Source: an uncultured Dehalococcoidia bacterium
GTDB taxonomy: Bacteria; Chloroflexota; Dehalococcoidia; Lucifugimonadales; UBA2962
NCBI GenBank assembly: GCA_964637315.1
Contig: CAZWTT010000003.1
Span: forward strand, 64,022-128,021
Direction: 5' to 3'
DNA: 64,000 nucleotides
Shown: positions 24,758-34,579 of the stretch, in pieces
Numbering within the stretch: the first letter of the stretch is position 1
Layout: the number at the start of each line of letters is the position of its first letter
Translations under genes and position numbers: made by a program
The notes under the pieces: generated by a model
Seen by the model: the letters and a program-made list of their open reading frames with translations, nothing else
Told to the model about the DNA's origin: nothing
The model's database searches: none

Positions 24758-24831
24758 GCAGAGGACTCCTCAGATTCCTAGTTGGTGTTCGGCCACCGGC
24801 TAATGCAAGGAGCAGTGCAGGGCTAGCTCGG

Positions 24832-25614
24832 CTAAACCACAGGCGACATGCCTCCGTCGATGTTGACGGCGGTGCCGGTGATGTAGGCGGCGCGGTCGGA
24901 CACTAGGAACGCGATCAGGTCGGCAGCCTCCTCGGCCTCGCCGACGCGACCCAGGGGCACTTTCGTGCCCATCTGCTCGTACCATTCGTCCAGGGTTAGG
25001 TCGCGGCCGGAACTCTTCCACCAGCGCTCGTGCTGCATGCTCTTGATCAGGCCGATGCAGACGGTGTTGACGGTGATGCCGTCACCGGCGTAGTCCAGCG
25101 ACATCGCCTTGGTAAGCGCGATCCCCGCCGCCCGTGACACGGACGTGGGCACCGTTCCACCGCCCGGCGCCTTACCGGATGGCGTCGTGATGTTGACGAT
25201 GCGGCCGCCGCCCTGTTTGCGCATGTGTGGGGCGGCCGCGCGAGAGCCCCTTACTGCCGCCATTAGCTTTAGGTCGACGTCCTCCCGCCACACTTCATCA
25301 TCGACCATGTCGACGTGGTCGGCGGCCGATTTACCCGCGTTGCTGACGAGTATGTCGAGGCGGCCGAAGGCGGCGGCGGCCTCGGAGACCACCGACTCCA
25401 CCTGGGCGGGGTCGATCATGTCACCAGGCAGCGCCAGCACCCGGCCGCCGGTCGCGGTCCGGATCTCTTTAACGGCCGCATCCAGGTGCTCGGCGCGGCG
25501 CGCGGTGATGGCGACCGAGACGCCCTCCTCCGCCAGTCGATGGGTGGCGGCCTTACCTATCCCGTCGCTGCCGCCGGTCACGAGGGCGGCTTTTCCACTG
25601 AGTCCTAAGTTCAT
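24832..25614 (-). CDS. SDR-family oxidoreductase
   Basis: GKAALVTGGSDGIGKA (TGxxxGxG), NAG and the YxxxK region are present. I place the start at MNLGLSGK (25614). The track ORF extends to 25695 through an Arg-rich stretch that overlaps glcF. Confidence 0.85.
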   Translation of the reverse strand: MNLGLSGKAALVTGGSDGIGKAATHRLAEEGVSVAITARRAEHLDAAVKEIRTATGGRVLALPGDMIDPAQVESVVSEAAAAFGRLDILVSNAGKSAADHVDMVDDEVWREDVDLKLMAAVRGSRAAAPHMRKQGGGRIVNITTPSGKAPGGGTVPTSVSRAAGIALTKAMSLDYAGDGITVNTVCIGLIKSMQHERWWKSSGRDLTLDEWYEQMGTKVPLGRVGEAEEAADLIAFLVSDRAAYITGTAVNIDGGMSPVV

Positions 25615-27013
25615 TGCGCTCTTCCTCCCACGGCGAATCTGACCAAGGCGAATCCGCGTCGCCCGGCTCTCTCGGCGGTCTGGCTTTGGTGCCAACCGAA
25701 TTCTCGGCGGAATAGGCTTCGTCCAGCAGATCGGTCACGTACTTAACCGTCACCGGGGGGCCGTTACGGTCGGAGCCGTATTGTAGCTGGATGAGACAGC
25801 CGGGATTGCCGGTGGCCACGACCGTCGCACCGGTCTCTCCGATGGCGGACATCTTGTCGTCGAGCAGCCTCAGGGACATTTCCCGTTCGGTAATCGTGTA
25901 GGTGCCACCGGCGCCGCAGCACTTGGTCGAGTTCCGCATCTCGACCAGCTTTAGACCGGGTATCGACTCCAGCAATGCGCGTGGCTGCGCCCCGATGCCC
26001 TGCGTGTGCGAGAGGTGGCAGGCGTCCTGGTAAGTGACCTCGTAGTCGAGCCGGCCTTCGGGAGGGATGATCGGCAGGTCGTATAGGAACTCGTGGATGT
26101 CACGGACCTTGCCGGAAAGTTCGGCCGCGCTCTCGGCGTACTCAGGATCGTCATTTAGTAGCTCACCGTACTCCTTCATGCGAGTGCCGCAGCCTGCCGA
26201 GGCCGTGACCACGGCGTCTACCGGCAGCGCGAGGAAGGTGTCGATATTGTGTCGGGCCATCTCCCGCGTTCGGTCGAGGTCGCCGACATGAGTGTGGATG
26301 GCGCCGCAGCAAACCTGCCCCTGGGGTACCATCACCTCGACGCCGTTGCGGTTCAGCACCCCGGCCACAGTTCGCATCTCCGGCCCGTGCACCAGTGGCA
26401 TGACGCAGCCGGAGAGCAACGCCACAGAGGTGCGCGGCTCGCCGTGCGCGTGATAGACCTGCCCCTGGGGTGCGAAGAAGGCGTTTGGTATTCGAGACAG
26501 CGAGCTTTCCAGCTCCGCCATTCCTCCTGGGATCAGCTTAAGTAGCCGGCTCGCTCGGACGACGGCCTGCATCCCCGAATTCTGGTACAGGCGAAGTGCA
26601 CCCACCAGGCCGGTAAGGGCTGCCTGATCCGGCAGGATCTTACTCAGCACGAGCCAGGACATGAAGCGGCCGAACAAAGAGGCCTTGCGGCGCCTCTCCA
26701 CCTGCACCATGGTGTTTGCGATCAGCCATCCGTAGGGCACTCCCGAGGGGCAAACGTCCTCGCAGGCGCGGCACTGGATGCACATGTCCCAGTGCCTGTA
26801 GACATCTTCTCCGAGGCCGATCCGGCCCTCGTTGACGGCCTTCATCAGCGCAATGCGTCCACGGGGCGACTCGGTCTCCAGTCCGGTCTGCACGTAGGTG
26901 GGGCAGGCCTGCAGACAAAAGCCGCAGTGGACGCACTTGTAGAGGTCCTCTTCGGCCGGTACGTCGGGCTCCAAGAACCCTGACGGCGGCGATGCACCGC
27001 CCTTAAATACCAT
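25553..27013 (-). CDS. glcF: glycolate oxidase iron-sulfur subunit
   Basis: 486 aa with CVHCGFCLQACPTY and CIQCRACEDVCPSG (2x 4Fe-4S) and two CCG-type Cys-rich repeats (CCGAIH, KCCGAGG). Confidence 0.88.
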   Translation of the reverse strand: MVFKGGASPPSGFLEPDVPAEEDLYKCVHCGFCLQACPTYVQTGLETESPRGRIALMKAVNEGRIGLGEDVYRHWDMCIQCRACEDVCPSGVPYGWLIANTMVQVERRRKASLFGRFMSWLVLSKILPDQAALTGLVGALRLYQNSGMQAVVRASRLLKLIPGGMAELESSLSRIPNAFFAPQGQVYHAHGEPRTSVALLSGCVMPLVHGPEMRTVAGVLNRNGVEVMVPQGQVCCGAIHTHVGDLDRTREMARHNIDTFLALPVDAVVTASAGCGTRMKEYGELLNDDPEYAESAAELSGKVRDIHEFLYDLPIIPPEGRLDYEVTYQDACHLSHTQGIGAQPRALLESIPGLKLVEMRNSTKCCGAGGTYTITEREMSLRLLDDKMSAIGETGATVVATGNPGCLIQLQYGSDRNGPPVTVKYVTDLLDEAYSAENSVGTKARPPREPGDADSPWSDSPWEEERNELRTQWKSRPRDRRQRRDR

Positions 27014-28274
27014 CGATATACCGCCCCGGATTCAAGACGTTGCCGGGGTCATACTGTGTTTTAAGCCGACGCATTATCGCCATCGCTCCTCCTCCTCCGT
27101 CCCAAACCTCTATGCGGCGCTTCGCGTCCGGTGGAGCCTGTTCTAGGGTTGCTGTGCCACGATGCTGCCGGGCCAATTTTCGTGTGTCTGTCACGACTTG
27201 AGCCAGGCTATCGTCGTCAATGCCTTCGCCCGGGGAAAACAAGTTTAGCAACACGGTTCCGGCGGCGAGGTGGGCGACGATCGCCGGCATTAGGCCCCGT
27301 GTCGTCGCGACGCTCTCCAGCGAAGCCAGCACCTCACCGGCGGTCGCCGGGGGGAGCGATATGCGCAATGACGCGGCGGGCCGGGTGGCATCGTCCCAGC
27401 CGAAATCGGCCATTTTGCGCCATAAGGAGTCGTGCTGAGCGCCATAGACGCGATCCGACTCGACCGGTCCGATCCCTTCGCAGGCTGCGTTGACCTCGTC
27501 CACCATGCGGGCGAGTGTCCTGGGTCGCCCGGCCAGCCTTACGGCGAGGTGATGGCTGCTGTTGCGGGCTAGGCCCAGTTTCTGGGCCGCCACCGGGCTC
27601 AGCCAGGTGAGCGCAAGTGGTGATGATCGACCGTGGAATACCGACATGCCCGCCGCGAAGGCATCGGAGGCTCTGGGGAACGAGGCAGTGACGGTCGCCT
27701 GGCCGTCGGGCAGGGGAGTCAATTTAACCGACACCTCGGCTATGACGCCGAGCGTCCCCAGGCCGCCTACATGGAGCCGTGACATGTCGTATCCGCTGAC
27801 GTTTTTTACCACCCGGCCACCGCTCCTAGTAAGTACGCCTTTCGGCGTGGCCACCGTCATTCCAATTACCAGGTCCCGCGTTCCCCAGCCCTGCCACCTG
27901 AGCGGCCCGGGCGAACCGACCGCCAGAGTGCCTCCAACCGTTGCGCGGTCGGGCAGGGGAGGATCGACGGCGAGGAACTGTCCGTGCTCCGACAGCTTTG
28001 CCTGCAAGGCGAAAATCGTCATGCCGGTCTGTACCGTGGCCGTCAGATCTCCAGCGTTGTGGGCGACGAGACCATCGAGGCTAGTCATATCCACCGCAGC
28101 GTCGTAGCGCGTGGGGGGCCTGCCGATCGCGGTCCGGGTGAGGCCGCCGAGCGGAGCCATCGTCAACCCGTCTCGCGAGCACGCCGCCAGCGCCTCGGAG
28201 AGCCCGTCGAGAGAGGTGGGTGCGAGAACCGTGGACGGGGTGATCCCGTCTATGGCGTGTGCTTCGCTTGACAC
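27003..28274 (-). CDS. glcE: glycolate oxidase FAD-binding subunit
   Basis: 423 aa with a PCMH-type FAD-binding domain (VVKNVSGYDMSRLHVGGLGTLGVI). It lies between glcD and glcF and overlaps glcF by 11 nt. Confidence 0.85.
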   Translation of the reverse strand: MSSEAHAIDGITPSTVLAPTSLDGLSEALAACSRDGLTMAPLGGLTRTAIGRPPTRYDAAVDMTSLDGLVAHNAGDLTATVQTGMTIFALQAKLSEHGQFLAVDPPLPDRATVGGTLAVGSPGPLRWQGWGTRDLVIGMTVATPKGVLTRSGGRVVKNVSGYDMSRLHVGGLGTLGVIAEVSVKLTPLPDGQATVTASFPRASDAFAAGMSVFHGRSSPLALTWLSPVAAQKLGLARNSSHHLAVRLAGRPRTLARMVDEVNAACEGIGPVESDRVYGAQHDSLWRKMADFGWDDATRPAASLRISLPPATAGEVLASLESVATTRGLMPAIVAHLAAGTVLLNLFSPGEGIDDDSLAQVVTDTRKLARQHRGTATLEQAPPDAKRRIEVWDGGGGAMAIMRRLKTQYDPGNVLNPGRYIDGI

Positions 28275-28279
28275 GTGTC

Positions 28280-29722
28280 TCAGACGTGAGCCCCGGCGCC
28301 GGTCTTTCCGACCGGTCCACCCTGGGCGATCTGACTCTCGTCCGCACCCTGAGGAAAGATCTTTCCCGGATTCAGAGCGTCGCGAGTGTCGAATGCAGGC
28401 TTGAGCCCGGCCATCGCCGACAGGTCGTCCTCGTTGAACATGTACGGCATGTACTCTCGCTTCTCTATGCCGATGCCGTGCTCTCCAGACAGGGCACCGC
28501 CTTCGGCGACACAGAGCTTCAGAATCCGACCCCCCAGTTCGAGCACCCGTTCGGTTTCTCCGGTCTTGCGCTCGTCGAAGAGAATGGACGGGTGCAGGTT
28601 ACCGTCGCCGGCATGAAGCACGTTGGCGATGGGGAAGCCAGACTCGTCCGACATCTCCTTAATTCGTGCCATCACGTCTACCAGCCGCGTCCTCGGTATC
28701 GTTCCGTCGATCAGGTAGTAGTTGGGGGCCAGTCTCCCGAGGGCTCCCAGGGCGCCCTTGCGGCCAGCCCACAGGCGCGCTCGCTCATCGGCATTCCTGG
28801 CGATCCTGACCTCCAAGGGGCGGTGTCTCTCCATCACCGACTCCACCAGCTCCGACTCCTCCTCCACCGACTCGGCCAGTCCGTCCACCTCCACTAGCAG
28901 CACGGCTCCGGCGTCTTCCGGGTACCCGGCGTGTACCGCCGGCTCGGCCGCCGCGATGGCGAGGTCGTCCATCATCTCCATGGCCGCCGGCACTATGCCC
29001 GAGCCAATAACGTCCGAGACGACGGCGCTCGCTTGATCCAGCTTTTCGTAGACGGCAAGCATCGTCTTGACCGCCTCGGGCCGCCGAAGTAGCCGTACGA
29101 CCACCTTCGTGATCACTGCCAGCGTCCCTTCGGAGCCAATCACGATGCCGCGCAGGTCGTAGCCGGGAGCCTCGCCGGTCCGGTCGCCCAGCCAGACCAC
29201 GGTTCCGTCCGCCAGCACCACCTCGACACAGAGCACGTGATTGGTGGTGACCCCATATGCAAGGCAATGCGGACCGCCGGAGTTCTCGGCCACGTTGCCG
29301 CCGATCGTGCAGGCCTGCTGGCTCGACGGGTCGGGGGCGTAATAGAGATCGTGCTCGGCCGCAGTCGCTGACAGGTCCAGGTTCACGACACCCGGTTCCA
29401 TCACGGCGAGTCGGTTGGCCGGGTCGACCTCGACGACCCTGTTCATCCGCGTCAGCGACAACACCAGTCCGCCTTGGCTGGGTATCGCACCGCCGCTCAG
29501 CCCGGTGCCCGCGCCGCGGGCGACCAGCGGCACGCCGTGCTCCCGGACGGTCGCCATGACTTCGGACACCTCCGAGGTAGAAGTCGGAAGCACCACCGCC
29601 GCGGGCATCGCGCGGTCGACCGATCCGTCGTACTCGAAGGCAATCAGGCCGTCCGGCTCGTGCACGACATAGTCGTCACCGACGATCGACTTCAGACGGG
29701 CTATTAGATGCTTGTGATTCAT
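28280..29722 (-). CDS. glcD: glycolate oxidase subunit GlcD (FAD-linked oxidase)
   Basis: 480 aa with ARGAGTGLSGGAIP, the FAD-oxidase C-terminal domain and GEHGIGIEKREYM. Confidence 0.92.
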   Translation of the reverse strand: MNHKHLIARLKSIVGDDYVVHEPDGLIAFEYDGSVDRAMPAAVVLPTSTSEVSEVMATVREHGVPLVARGAGTGLSGGAIPSQGGLVLSLTRMNRVVEVDPANRLAVMEPGVVNLDLSATAAEHDLYYAPDPSSQQACTIGGNVAENSGGPHCLAYGVTTNHVLCVEVVLADGTVVWLGDRTGEAPGYDLRGIVIGSEGTLAVITKVVVRLLRRPEAVKTMLAVYEKLDQASAVVSDVIGSGIVPAAMEMMDDLAIAAAEPAVHAGYPEDAGAVLLVEVDGLAESVEEESELVESVMERHRPLEVRIARNADERARLWAGRKGALGALGRLAPNYYLIDGTIPRTRLVDVMARIKEMSDESGFPIANVLHAGDGNLHPSILFDERKTGETERVLELGGRILKLCVAEGGALSGEHGIGIEKREYMPYMFNEDDLSAMAGLKPAFDTRDALNPGKIFPQGADESQIAQGGPVGKTGAGAHV

Positions 29723-29796
29723 ACAGGGTTGGCTATGTTAGGTGGGGCGGGCCGTGCCAGCCTATGATATGGGGAGCCGTCCGACCGTCGCAATCG

Positions 29797-29802
29797 TATA
29801 AT
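29797..29802 (+). promoter_or_regulatory. candidate -10 box TATAAT placed for a leaderless transcript
   Basis: A perfect TATAAT lies 6 nt upstream of the in-frame ATG at 29809 (MERPLLLL...). No Shine-Dalgarno sequence fits in that gap. The -35 is poor. Confidence 0.35.
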
Positions 29803-29808
29803 CGGGCG

Positions 29809-32187
29809 ATGGAGAGACCCCTACTCCTGCTCATAAGGGTGGGCCTCATGCTCGTCCTGCTCGTGCCGTTGCTGGTTGCACAGGAACCTCTGCCCAGCAC
29901 TTTCTTTCCTTACATCGTGGGAAAAGCATTGTATGCGCGCACGCTTATCGAGATCGTCTTCGGCCTGTGGATTATCCTCATCACCGCCTACCCGGCTTAC
30001 CGTCCTCCACGTTCGTGGATCGTGGCGACCTTCGCGATTCTCCTGCTCGGCAGCCTTGTCGCCGCACTCGCCGGCGTAAGCGTCACTCGCAGCCTGTGGT
30101 CCAACTACGAACGGATGCAGGGGGTTGTGGACCTTCTCCACTGGTTCGGCTTCGTGCTGGTGGCGGCCTCGACGCTGCGGTCGTTTGTCTCTTGGAGGAT
30201 GTTTCTGAACGCCAACGTGGCCGTCAGCGTGGTCGTTGCCATCATGGGCATCACCCAGAGCTTTGATGTCAGACTTTTGCCCCACCTGTTGGATCGCGAC
30301 CGCATCGACATCACCCTCGGTAACCCCGTGTATGTCGGTGCATACATGCTCGTCGCGTTGACGACCGCTTTGGCGCTCCTCGCACAGTCGTTCGAGCGTT
30401 CTGGGGTTGTCGCCACACCGGCCTCCGGCTCGCGCGCCCGGCGGCGGCGAAGGCGGAGGCAGTCGGGATGGGAGGGGCAGGCGGACGCTCGTTGGCTGTG
30501 GCGGGCGTTCTGGACGACCGCGGTGATCCTGGACTTCGTCGTGCTTCTCATGGCCGGCGCCAGGGGTGCACTCATAGGCCTCGCGGTGGCACTCGGGACC
30601 GTCTCGATCGTATTCATTGTGCAGTCGGTGATTGCCGCCAAGAACGAAGGTTCGATTCAGGACGCTTCACGATATCTGTTCAACCGTTCTCCCGACTGGC
30701 GCAAAGCCGGGTCCGAACTTCGCTATTTCTCCCTCGCCGGACTGCGGCACCTGACAGCCGGTCCAAACTGGTGGCTCAAGTCCGGCGCCGTGCTCGGGCT
30801 CCTGCTAATCGTCGCCGTCGTATTCACGCTGGGCCTGGCACGCGACTCCGCCTTCGTCCAGCGGCTCGCCCAGGAAAACCGCATGGTGGCCCAGTTGGCC
30901 TCGTTCGGAACCGGGGAAGACAGCACCAACACCAGGCTCAACTCGACGAAAATGGGGCTGGTGGCCTTCGCCCAACGTCCGCTGGTCGGTTGGGGGCCGG
31001 AAAACTTCGCGGTCGCCTATGACCGCAATGTGGGTGCGGAGCGGTTCTCATTTCAGAACGAATCCTACGACCAGGCTCATAACAAGGTCGTTGAGGAGTT
31101 GACCACCAAGGGGCTCGTGGGATTCGTGCCGTTCGCGGCCATGTGGCTGCTGGTGGCATGGACGTATATCAAGACGCTACGCCGTCGCGACCTGAGGTCG
31201 GAGCATTTTACGCTGCTCATGGGTGCGGCCACTCTGGGCTATTTCGTGCAGAACCTGTTCCTGTTCGATACCCCCGCCACCGCCCTGCAAATCTACCTGC
31301 TCTTGGGCTTCGCTATAGCCCTGGAGGTCAATCTGCAACGCGATCCGGAGCTATTGGGGGAGGTAAGCCCGGCAGCCGAACCCTCGCCGAGGTCGGATGC
31401 AGAGGAGGTGGCCCCCACTGACATGCAGTGGCTGGAGCGATTTGGGTGTGGCGAAAAGGTGATAATCGCCGGCAAGTGGATGAAGCATCTCTGGAAAATG
31501 CCCGAATTCCACATTCCGGTCGTGCTGGCCCTCGTCGTGTTGGCCGTAGTGTTTCTCAACGTCAGGGCCTTCGATGCCTCCAGGTTGGTTGGTACGGCAC
31601 TGGTTGGCAACATCACTTTCGAGGAGCGAATCGACAGGTTTGAGCGGGGGATCAACGCGTTCCCGGTCCTCGGCAATCAGCCCAGGCTCACGCTGTTCAA
31701 TCATCTGGCCTCCGAGTTTCCGTCACTGACCCCGGAACAGCGCCAAATCGCAGTCAATTTCGCAAGCCACGAATTGGAGGCCGCCAGGCGCGCCGAGCCG
31801 CAGGAGTGGAGGGTCTACGTTCGGGCTGCTTTCTTCTTGTTGACCGCCGCCAACTGGGACCCTAGCCTACTGGAATTGTCCCGTGAACTGGTGGATGAGG
31901 CCGCCCGGTTAGCGCCGGAGCGAGTAGAAATTTACGACGCGCTGGCCTCACAGTTCGTCATGGAAGGAGACTTCGTGAGAGCTCAAGCCATTCTCGACGA
32001 GTACCTGGAGATGAACCCCGAATCCAGCTTTCTGCTTCAAATCCGCATCAACCAAGTGTCATCCGCGCTGGCGCAGAGCGTCGCACCTCAGTCGCCGTCG
32101 GAGGGCCTCCAGCCGGTCACCAGCGCGTCCAACTCGGTGCAGAACCAGCGGTCACCGACCGTCACGTCGACGAACACAGAGCCGTAA
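29809..32187 (+). CDS. O-antigen ligase/polymerase-like polytopic membrane protein with C-terminal TPR-like domain
   Basis: About 12 TM segments with a Wzy_C-like core (GARGALIGLAVALG...RLNSTKMGLVAFAQRPLVGWGPENF). A C-terminal soluble helical-repeat region follows. The track ORF starts at 29764. I prefer the start at 29809. Confidence 0.72.
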   Translation: MERPLLLLIRVGLMLVLLVPLLVAQEPLPSTFFPYIVGKALYARTLIEIVFGLWIILITAYPAYRPPRSWIVATFAILLLGSLVAALAGVSVTRSLWSNYERMQGVVDLLHWFGFVLVAASTLRSFVSWRMFLNANVAVSVVVAIMGITQSFDVRLLPHLLDRDRIDITLGNPVYVGAYMLVALTTALALLAQSFERSGVVATPASGSRARRRRRRRQSGWEGQADARWLWRAFWTTAVILDFVVLLMAGARGALIGLAVALGTVSIVFIVQSVIAAKNEGSIQDASRYLFNRSPDWRKAGSELRYFSLAGLRHLTAGPNWWLKSGAVLGLLLIVAVVFTLGLARDSAFVQRLAQENRMVAQLASFGTGEDSTNTRLNSTKMGLVAFAQRPLVGWGPENFAVAYDRNVGAERFSFQNESYDQAHNKVVEELTTKGLVGFVPFAAMWLLVAWTYIKTLRRRDLRSEHFTLLMGAATLGYFVQNLFLFDTPATALQIYLLLGFAIALEVNLQRDPELLGEVSPAAEPSPRSDAEEVAPTDMQWLERFGCGEKVIIAGKWMKHLWKMPEFHIPVVLALVVLAVVFLNVRAFDASRLVGTALVGNITFEERIDRFERGINAFPVLGNQPRLTLFNHLASEFPSLTPEQRQIAVNFASHELEAARRAEPQEWRVYVRAAFFLLTAANWDPSLLELSRELVDEAARLAPERVEIYDALASQFVMEGDFVRAQAILDEYLEMNPESSFLLQIRINQVSSALAQSVAPQSPSEGLQPVTSASNSVQNQRSPTVTSTNTEP

Positions 32188-32891
32188 GCGTTGTCCCCCG
32201 GCTTGTGGTAGACGCCGGTTCCGGTGGAACGATCCGCGATCCCCTTGATAACCGGCTGGGCTGTTCCGGAGAACTCGCAGATCGTGATCTCTTCGCCGCT
32301 CGGACGCGAGGGGATCGTGCCCCCGCTAAACGACTCGGGTGTGATTGGCGTGGGCGCCGACTCGGACGCCCAGACGCCTTGGCTCAGGGCCCTGGCCCTC
32401 TCCTGCGCGAGTATCAGCCTGTCCCGGTACCTGAATTCATCCGGGAAGCCGGACACGAAGGCGTGACCGCTCGCCAGCAGAACCTCGTTGACCATCTCCC
32501 CGGCCACGTAGACGTATCGCAAGGCTCTGCCTGAGGTATCCGCCTGAATCACATCGATCTCCAGTTCAACGGTCCGACCCTCTACTAGATGCCTGTTTTG
32601 TTCAACGGCGGCGGCGGCGCTGAGATCGGGGATCTCGATCCCCAGATAGCGCACCTCGAAGGTCTCTCCGTCACGACTGACGAGTATCGTCGAGCCGTCT
32701 ATGACCTCGGCCACCGTGGCCGAGACCAGGAACTCTGACTGGACGCTGGGCGTACCCATCCAGGTTGTCCGATCGGAATCTGTCAGAACGGGCGTCCCGT
32801 CACCGCACGCGGTGGCCAGTGCGGACAACGATGTCAGGGCGATGAGCAACCCGACCCTGGAGATCGCGGTGCCGGACGAGGGTGTGGGCAC
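32088..32891 (-). CDS. secreted/lipoprotein thermonuclease (SNase-like) with C-terminal sunset-type domain
   Basis: Signal/lipobox-like ALTSLSALATAC. SNase core VIDGSTILVSRDGETFEVRYLGIEIPD...GRALRYVYV...NEVLLASGHAFV. C-terminal VIKGIADRSTGTGVYHKPGDNAYGSV...RWFCTELDALVTGWRPS. Confidence 0.8.
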   Translation of the reverse strand: MPTPSSGTAISRVGLLIALTSLSALATACGDGTPVLTDSDRTTWMGTPSVQSEFLVSATVAEVIDGSTILVSRDGETFEVRYLGIEIPDLSAAAAVEQNRHLVEGRTVELEIDVIQADTSGRALRYVYVAGEMVNEVLLASGHAFVSGFPDEFRYRDRLILAQERARALSQGVWASESAPTPITPESFSGGTIPSRPSGEEITICEFSGTAQPVIKGIADRSTGTGVYHKPGDNAYGSVFVDVTVGDRWFCTELDALVTGWRPSDGD

Positions 32892-32897
32892 GAGCCG

Positions 32898-34547
32898 TCA
32901 GTCGGGTAGGGGAAGGCTCTGGATGACTTCGGCTACGATCGAGTTCTCGTACAAGCCCTCAGCACCGCCCGCGGTGAAATTGCCGAATGGATCGATGGTG
33001 CCGGCGGAGGGATCAGTGACACGCCAGAGCACGGTGAGGCCGGTCAGATCGTTGCCCTGTTGGTCTCTTGATGACACGGCGAAGTGTATTGTCCGACCCG
33101 GCACGACGGTGGCCAGGTCGGGTTCAATTATCACCGTGCTCAGGCGCCCGGTGATAATGACATCGATGAGCCGGGTCAGAGTTATCGACTCGTCTCCCAC
33201 TCCCTGCATGGCGGTCACCTTCAGCGCCCTGGTGTAGATGCCCGGTTCGCCGGTCAGTTTCAAGCTACCCGCGTCGTTGATCTCCCCGACCAGCGAATCG
33301 AGCGCCTCCAAGACGAAGATCGTGTCCGGGGCTGGTAAACCGGATTCATCGATTCCCTGGACAATCATCACCAACCTCGACCCGGTGGGTGCGACGAGCG
33401 TACCGGGGACGACCTTGATTGCGGCGAGCGGTCGAATGACGTCTTCGTCGAGCACCACGACCGTCGCGAAATCCACGGCTCTAAGGACCTCTCCCGACTC
33501 GTCCAAGGAGACGGCTTCCACGCTCACGGCTTCGGTGTAGATCCCTGTGCTTTCTGCGGCGGTGAACAGGCCGTCACCGTCTATCGAGCCGGCCTCTGGA
33601 TCGACCACGCTCCACCTGATCTGTGCGGTTCGAACAATCTGGCCCAATGCGTCCAGGGCGACCGCGGTCAGTTGAAGCTGGTCACCGGAGTGCAATCGGA
33701 AGGTTTCGGGAAGGGCCTGAACGGTCAGGAAGTCGTCTGATCCTGCCAGGTCCGTCACGGACACATCGACCGTCTTGGTGATCGTCTCACCCTCCCAGAT
33801 CGCCGTCACGGTCACCGACCGCTGGTAGGTTCCCTCGTCCCCGAGAACCGTCAGGTATCCGAGTTGATTGATCCGGCCCAGGGCGGGCACATCGACCGAC
33901 CACAAAAGGTTCACCTGCGGAATCAGTTGCCCGTCCTCGTCGAAAGCAGCCGCTCTCATCCTGTATACCTCGTTTTTGGACACCGTGGTCTGTCCAGGAA
34001 ACACGCTGACCGAGGCCAACTTTCGGCGAATCGGATCGCCGACCACGGTCACGTCCACCGATGAGGCGATCGACTGGATGCCTCGTGCGGAGTTTCGCAC
34101 CGCGGTGACCGTCACCGCGTCGCGGTAGGTCCCTGGAATTGGGCCGGCGATCAGCTGCCCGATCCCGTTGACGTTGCCCACCCTCGGATCGGTGACGCTC
34201 CAGATCAGCTGCACGTCGTCGAACCGGCCACCGGCGCCGTCGTACGCAGTCGCCGTAAGGGACGTGGCGGCACCGACGTCCAAGACTACCTGGGAGGGTT
34301 CTACCTGGATCGTCTCGATCGTACGGACATCACCCGGCTCGCCGGTGACGAGGACGGAGGCCTTGGCCAGCAATCTGATCGTTTCCGTCTGGACCGGGAT
34401 CGGGACGGACGCCGCCGGGACGGGGTCGGGGCCGATGCAAGCCACCGTGACGGCGACCGTGACAACGGCCAGCAACGCTCCCCACGCGGGCAGCAAGGGC
34501 CGCCGACCCGAGTGGGTCGTACGCAAGAAGATGGAGGGGTCTAGCAT
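32898..34547 (-). CDS. secreted protein with about six tandem bacterial Ig-like (Big_2-type) domains
   Basis: 549 aa with an N-terminal TM/signal segment. Modules of about 85-90 aa each end in a ...VTVTA.../...VDVTV... pattern. Confidence 0.72.
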   Translation of the reverse strand: MLDPSIFLRTTHSGRRPLLPAWGALLAVVTVAVTVACIGPDPVPAASVPIPVQTETIRLLAKASVLVTGEPGDVRTIETIQVEPSQVVLDVGAATSLTATAYDGAGGRFDDVQLIWSVTDPRVGNVNGIGQLIAGPIPGTYRDAVTVTAVRNSARGIQSIASSVDVTVVGDPIRRKLASVSVFPGQTTVSKNEVYRMRAAAFDEDGQLIPQVNLLWSVDVPALGRINQLGYLTVLGDEGTYQRSVTVTAIWEGETITKTVDVSVTDLAGSDDFLTVQALPETFRLHSGDQLQLTAVALDALGQIVRTAQIRWSVVDPEAGSIDGDGLFTAAESTGIYTEAVSVEAVSLDESGEVLRAVDFATVVVLDEDVIRPLAAIKVVPGTLVAPTGSRLVMIVQGIDESGLPAPDTIFVLEALDSLVGEINDAGSLKLTGEPGIYTRALKVTAMQGVGDESITLTRLIDVIITGRLSTVIIEPDLATVVPGRTIHFAVSSRDQQGNDLTGLTVLWRVTDPSAGTIDPFGNFTAGGAEGLYENSIVAEVIQSLPLPD

Positions 34548-34579
34548 CGCCGACCGTCTAGCACTACCGATTAGAGGGC

